Below are positions 59,747 through 63,124 of a DNA stretch of 63,124 bases, one piece after another. Origin of the DNA: Candidatus Micrarchaeota archaeon (GTDB lineage Archaea; Micrarchaeota; Micrarchaeia; Anstonellales; Bilamarchaeaceae). The DNA is taken from contig JBDRPL010000002.1 in assembly GCA_043827025.1 (NCBI GenBank), forward strand, positions 1-63,124. Direction: 5' to 3'. The position numbers and the translations under genes were made by a program. The notes under the pieces are model-generated. The model saw only the letters and a program-made list of their open reading frames with translations. It searched no databases and was not told the DNA's origin. Numbering within the stretch: the first letter of the stretch is position 1; each line of letters opens with the position of its first letter.

Positions 59747-60550
59747 TCAATTTTTTATTATCTTCTTATATGCCATGGATAATGCAAAGAATACTACCAG
59801 CGTCAGGACAATCGCGCCTCCTGCTGCCAAATCGAAATAGTATGCTGAAGATAGACCAATTATCACTGACAGAATCGAAAGCATTGCAGAATAAACCATC
59901 GCCTGCCTAAAGCTCTTGCAGAAGAGAAGCGCAATTGATGCAGGAATGACAATAAATGAAGATACGAGCAGTATTCCTACAATACGCATTGAAACAACTA
60001 CCGCAATTGCAGTGAGAAGAATGAGGATCGAATCTACTTTTTCAACAGGAATGCCGCTTGCTTTTGCTGATTCTTCATCGAAAGTTATGTAGAATAGCTC
60101 TTTGTAGAAAACAATTATGGCGATTATTGTAATTATACATAATGCTGCAATAAAGATAAGGTCAGTTTGGCTTACTGAAAGTATGCTTCCGAAAAGATAT
60201 GAGAATAGGTCCGCTGTGAATCCACTAGAAAGACTGATTACTACGACACCAAGGGCCAAACCAAATGAGAAGAAAATTGCAATGGCAGCATCTCCGTAGA
60301 CCTTCATTTTCCTTAATTTTTGAATGCCAAGCGCTGATAATACAGTAAAGATCAAAGAGGCAACCAGTGGATAAAAACCAAAGAACATCCCTGCTGCCAA
60401 ACCTCCGAAAGAGATGTGTGCCAATCCATCCCCAATCAAGGACATGCGCCTAAGCACAAGAAAAACTCCGAGGATTGAACATATTATTGCTATGAGTAGG
60501 CCTGCCAGAAACGCATTTTGCATGAACGAATATTTGAGTATTTCCAACAT
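59747..60550 (-). CDS. znuB: Zn/Mn ABC transporter permease
   Basis: GDGLAHISFGG, YLFGSIL and FDEESAKASG motifs. Confidence 0.92.
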   Translation of the reverse strand: MLEILKYSFMQNAFLAGLLIAIICSILGVFLVLRRMSLIGDGLAHISFGGLAAGMFFGFYPLVASLIFTVLSALGIQKLRKMKVYGDAAIAIFFSFGLALGVVVISLSSGFTADLFSYLFGSILSVSQTDLIFIAALCIITIIAIIVFYKELFYITFDEESAKASGIPVEKVDSILILLTAIAVVVSMRIVGILLVSSFIVIPASIALLFCKSFRQAMVYSAMLSILSVIIGLSSAYYFDLAAGGAIVLTLVVFFALSMAYKKIIKN

Positions 60551-60557
60551 ATGATCA

Positions 60558-61325
60558 CTAATGCCTATGAGTATGCGAATGTGAAACTCTCTTCATTACA
60601 TCTGGATAGGGACACATCAAATCCTCGTGCTTCAAACCTTTTGACACGTCATGAAGTATAAGTTTCTGGTTGATGCAGGCCAATTTGTTTACATGAGTGC
60701 TGACCATGCCCACGTCATGCGATACTAAAATACAGGTCAATCCCATTTTCTTGTTCAGACTATCAAGAATATCGTAGAACATTTTCTGAGAAGCCTCGTC
60801 AACTCCAACAGTTGGCTCATCCAAAAGCAATAATTCAGGTTCCCCTGCCAATGCCCTTGCTATGAAAACCCTTTGCTGCTGGCCACCGGATAAACTGCCG
60901 ATCATTGAATCCTTGTGTTCAAGCATTCCCACTAACTTCAATGACTTTTCGATTGCACCTAAGTCTGATTTTGAAAGTGGCTTGAAAAAACCAATCTTTG
61001 CAAAACGCCCCATACTTGCAACCTCGAAGACAGTTGCAGGGAAATTCTGGTCGAAATTGGTTGCCTTCTGGGGAACGTAGCCTACTCTATGTTTTTCATT
61101 GAAAGTCTTGCTGTCTTTTCCAAATATAATCAGTTGCCCTGAATCCGGCTTCAAAAGCCCCAGCATTATCTTCAACAAAGTTGTTTTTCCAGCTCCATTC
61201 GGGCCAATCATTCCAACAAAGTCGCCACGCATGACTTTCAGGTCAATATCTTTTAGGATCCTATGCTTGCCATAGCTGAAGCACACGTTTTTTAGCTCAA
61301 TAAGAACCTTAACATCCTTTGCCAA
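60558..61325 (-). CDS. znuC: Zn/Mn ABC transporter ATPase
   Basis: GPNGAGKT, LSGGQQQR, DEPT; His-rich tail. Confidence 0.92.
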   Translation of the reverse strand: MAKDVKVLIELKNVCFSYGKHRILKDIDLKVMRGDFVGMIGPNGAGKTTLLKIMLGLLKPDSGQLIIFGKDSKTFNEKHRVGYVPQKATNFDQNFPATVFEVASMGRFAKIGFFKPLSKSDLGAIEKSLKLVGMLEHKDSMIGSLSGGQQQRVFIARALAGEPELLLLDEPTVGVDEASQKMFYDILDSLNKKMGLTCILVSHDVGMVSTHVNKLACINQKLILHDVSKGLKHEDLMCPYPDVMKRVSHSHTHRH

Positions 61326-61329
61326 TTTT

Positions 61330-62214
61330 TCACCTGCAATTCTTTCCTATGTTCTGGAGATTATCTTCCATGAGCGATATATAATCCTTGCCCTGGGCTT
61401 TTTCATCATCTGTGATGCCATGAACTGAATTGAAAACCAATGTGTAACCGCCGAGCTCGTTTGCAATCAACTCTGCTGATTTTGGATTGATCAGGCTCTC
61501 AAAGAAAACTGCTTTTACCCCATTGGCCTTAGCTTGTTCAATTATATTTGCAAGATCTGCAGGAGAAGGTTCTGCCTCTGGATTGACCCCTGTTATTGCG
61601 ATTTGGGTGCAGCCATAGCGCTTGCAGAAATAAGCAAGGGTCGCATGGGTTATTAGTATGTTTTTGTTCGCGCAGTCTGCGAAGGCTGATTGAATCTCGA
61701 AATCCAGAGTATCCAATTTGGATTCGTAAATCAAAGCACTTTCTTCATAGAACTTCGTGTTTGAAGGGTCTTTTTGCACCAACGCATCTTTTATTGATTC
61801 GACCTGCTTCTTTGCATTCATCGGGTCAAGCCAAATATGCGGATCATTTTGTATCAGTTCAATGTTCCTACTTGTATCGACCAGTATCACATTTGAATCG
61901 TCCAAATTTTTCAGCAGATTCGGAAGCCAGGGCTCCATGTTCGCGCCATTGTAGATGAAGATGTCTGCATTCAGGATTCTCTTCATGTCATTCGGAGTTG
62001 GCTCGAATTCGTGCGGTTCAACTCCGTTTGGTATCAATGTCGTTATTTCTACTTTATCCTCACCAACGTTCTTTGTGAAATCGTAAAGCGGATAGAAGCT
62101 AACAACGACATTTATCTTTCCTGAATCGGATTGTGTTTGCTGTGTCTGCTCCTGCGTACAGCCGAAAAAGGCAAGGCAAAGAACTAGCAAGATTGCAGGA
62201 ATCATTCTCTTCAT
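61330..62214 (-). CDS. znuA: Zn/Mn ABC transporter substrate-binding lipoprotein
   Basis: EPHEFEP, DPHIWLDP and THA metal ligands; lipobox FFGC. Confidence 0.9.
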   Translation of the reverse strand: MKRMIPAILLVLCLAFFGCTQEQTQQTQSDSGKINVVVSFYPLYDFTKNVGEDKVEITTLIPNGVEPHEFEPTPNDMKRILNADIFIYNGANMEPWLPNLLKNLDDSNVILVDTSRNIELIQNDPHIWLDPMNAKKQVESIKDALVQKDPSNTKFYEESALIYESKLDTLDFEIQSAFADCANKNILITHATLAYFCKRYGCTQIAITGVNPEAEPSPADLANIIEQAKANGVKAVFFESLINPKSAELIANELGGYTLVFNSVHGITDDEKAQGKDYISLMEDNLQNIGKNCR

Positions 62215-62245
62215 AAGAAACTATCCGAATTAAGAATATTTATAT

Positions 62246-62264
62246 GTTAATGATTTTCATTATC
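62246..62264. promoter_or_regulatory. Fur/Zur box overlapping the znuA promoter
   Basis: Minus strand reads GATAATGAAAATCATTAAC, 17/19 to the classical Fur box GATAATGATAATCATTATC; abuts TATA (TATAAATA, 62237-62244, minus strand). Confidence 0.75.
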
Positions 62265-62308
62265 AATAAGAAAATGCATGAAATACGTATGAAATTGATG
62301 TGATTTTG

Positions 62309-62671
62309 ATGAAATCGAGAAATACGAAACAAAAGGAAACGATTGGATCGGTAATGGAAAGGTTCGATCACTTCTTCACTGCCGAAGAGCTATGCGAAAC
62401 AGTTAGAAAGAAGGATTCGAAGATCGGACAGGCGACAATCTACAGATTCTTGAAGCAGGAAATAAAGAACTCGAACCTAAACAACTATGTCTGCGGCAGA
62501 AAATCAGTTTATTCAAGAGGCTCAAACAACCACAACCACTTCACCTGTGAGAGATGCGGAAAGAAGAAACATTTCAGTTTGAAGAACATAGATTTTTTAC
62601 AGAAAGAAATCGGTGGAAAGGTGAAGACAGTACAGATAGATATACAGGGGATTTGTGAGGATTGTTGCTAG
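62309..62671 (+). CDS. Fur-family metal-sensing repressor (Zur-like)
   Basis: HFFTAEEL, ATIYRFL, HNHFTCERC and GICEDC motifs. Confidence 0.9.
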   Translation: MKSRNTKQKETIGSVMERFDHFFTAEELCETVRKKDSKIGQATIYRFLKQEIKNSNLNNYVCGRKSVYSRGSNNHNHFTCERCGKKKHFSLKNIDFLQKEIGGKVKTVQIDIQGICEDCC

Positions 62672-62708
62672 TTATTTGTTTATTAATTGTATTATTCAAA
62701 TGTTGTTA

Positions 62709-62843
62709 TACGATGATGATTACGGTGATCTCCGAGCCATTCCCTAAGCTATCTCGTTTGCGCAAGCAAACGGGACGCTTTTACCGAAAGGTAAAATGCG
62801 AAGCCACGGAGGAAGCAGTGACGATTGACGTGCGGTCTGAGTA
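62709..62843 (+). ncRNA. C/D-box guide sRNA with 82-nt structured insert between D' and C'
   Basis: C ATGATGA 62713-62719, 12-nt guide, D' CCGA 62732-62735, C' GTGACGA 62818-62824, 12-nt guide, D CTGA 62837-62840. Confidence 0.8.
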
Positions 62844-62854
62844 AAGCAAATGTC

Positions 62855-62979
62855 TTGGGTTTAGAGTCTTCAGTCTCGGCGGAAAAAGTTCGGCGTTTTG
62901 AGTCCAGAAGTGGCATAGGCGAAAAAGCGCATAGGCAGACCCAAGAGCTAAGTGCGTATAGTGTTTTGAGTCTTGAGTC
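62855..62979 (+). repeat. Short tandem heptamer repeats (TTGAGTC-like)
   Basis: TTGGGTT-TAGAGTC-TTCAGTC at 62855-62875, TTGAGTC at 62898, TTGAGTC-TTGAGTC at 62966-62979. Confidence 0.5.
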
Positions 62980-63124
62980 CTGCACGGATAGAACTGAAAT
63001 ACAAAAGCAACTCGCCCAACTTTGGCCAAACATCAAACGAGAACTTGACTTCATTGCCCGTTACACTGCAAAAGACAGACTAGTTGAAGCGATATCCATA
63101 TTTTCGGAAGCAAGAAAAAACAGA

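Noticed and set aside
62736..62817. SRP RNA, RNase P RNA or group II intron
   Set aside because: Lacks SRP helix 8, RNase P GAGGAAAGUCC and group II domain V signatures; the C/D box architecture explains the flanks.
1..63124. CRISPR arrays, rRNA genes, transposases or integrases; the many short antisense ORFs in the track
   Set aside because: No regularly spaced repeats or such genes were recognised; the short overlapping ORFs are shadows of confident genes.

Overview
Archaeal chromosomal segment. Archaeal markers include Cdc6/Orc1, PCNA, aIF5B, CTP-dependent riboflavin kinase, TATA promoters with many leaderless starts, and GTGAT-type SD sites. It most likely comes from a DPANN lineage such as Micrarchaeota (inference). 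Housekeeping and metabolic genes include purD/purM/purQ/purL, a pabBAC-like cluster, bacterial-type metK, ino1 with a CDP-alcohol phosphotransferase, PEPCK, SOD, Rad50, a RecJ-like DHH protein, and ZnuABC with a Fur-family regulator. Features not visible in the ORF track: (1) a free-standing LAGLIDADG endonuclease inserted antisense into the 3' end of ino1, which supplied a new C-terminus and left the old 3' end stranded 1.1 kb downstream; (2) tRNA-Val(GAC) with a 107-nt multi-hairpin intron at the non-canonical D-loop position 15/16; (3) two intergenic C/D-box guide sRNAs whose guides match rRNA functional centres, one carrying an 82-nt structured insert; (4) a VirB4/CedB-like ATPase and VirB6/CedA-like membrane operon beside cdc6; (5) a dispersed class of Arg-rich, Lys-poor orphan proteins with basic N-termini; (6) small unannotated ORFs, operators and heptamer repeats. 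All calls come from motif recognition by eye; no searches were run.
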